DNA of 64,000 bases from Anthoceros angustus (Eukaryota > Plantae > Anthocerotophyta): the NCBI GenBank assembly GCA_010909165.1, contig VJWM01000265.1:117728-181727 (forward strand), read 5' to 3'. Numbering within the stretch: position 1 is the stretch's first letter; each line of letters begins with the position of its first letter. The translations under genes were made by a program, and so were the position numbers. Under the pieces are notes generated by a model, which saw nothing but the letters and a program-made list of their open reading frames with translations, had not been told where the DNA came from and did no database searches. This document shows positions 63,248-64,000 of this stretch, in pieces.

Positions 63248-64000
63248 CACACGCACTTACTGCGTTATGTAGCCTCGCAAGGCGAGAGCGCCACCTGCCT
63301 CGATCAGCTGCTGCAATTTCGGGACTCCGCACATGCTGGCCTGGACTGGAGGAAAGCCCTACGGAATCTTCCAGAACCCAGCGCCTCAAAGTGTGCGGAA
63401 GAAAACCTGTGATTGCGGGAGGTGGGCGCCATGGCGGCGAGGCAAAGGACGCCAATTCATGGGCGATGGAGATGGCAGTGAAGCTCCGCGTGCAAGACGC
63501 TTCTGTACCATCGCTGAAACACATGCACGCAGGCTTCACGCTTGCAACAACGACTGACAGCATAGCATGTAGCTCAAATGATGTTTACTTCTTTGTCTGC
63601 GTAAGTTCAGGCAACCCAAGTAAGAGGCCTGGTGTTTCAGTACAGGTAGGTGCACAGCATGGCCAGGAAAGGATGCACTGTTGTGCGCTACAAAGAATTG
63701 TTTGGAGAAGACACTGCTGCCGCTACTCATTTCTTCATTGTGGAACCAAAATTGAATCATCCCGCTTGGAGCACAGGAGAGTGAGCTAGATCCGGCTGGG
63801 GTACAAGAAAACCCTGACTCGGCCACCCTGCACAGGGGTTGCACTGGTTGAGTGAGGAGGGTGTTGAGACTGATTTGAGTTGCAGCAAAGGTGATATGCA
63901 AAGGAAACCACAGGACACGGAATAGAAGACGACTTGTACCAGAGATGCAGGCGGCAGGTTCTTCCTGAACTTGGCTCGGACTACACCACTGTTACCGTGT

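Noticed and set aside
63250-64000. Possible gene start at the window end (ORF 63391-63789)
   Set aside because: No recognisable domain, conflicting frames, and it is cut by the window edge.

Overview
This is a compact land-plant nuclear genome segment with short introns. It is most likely from a hornwort (Anthoceros-like); I infer this from PLS-class PPR proteins whose DYW:KP domains end in GRP and DRH. Housekeeping genes are RPL8/uL2, ICMT/STE14, an At5g01010-like GOLD-domain protein, a QUA3/PMT13-like methyltransferase, eIF3e and isoamylase ISA1. They are interleaved with three intronless PPR-DYW:KP genes, which are candidate U-to-C RNA editing factors. The standout observation is that both GRP-type editors carry an N-terminal domain matching the ssDNA-binding PDF motif of organellar OSB proteins (LWxxFFxxPxxWWDNR...PDFxxKxxGExLWL). 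This gives a PDF-PPR-DYW:KP fusion architecture that the DRH-type gene lacks. The accessory DNA holds CRE-like (RLE) non-LTR fragments, a decayed Ty3/gypsy pol and several minisatellites. A ~13.6-kb modular macro-repeat spans about 49.6-63.2 kb. All family assignments are from recalled motif similarity; no database searches were run.
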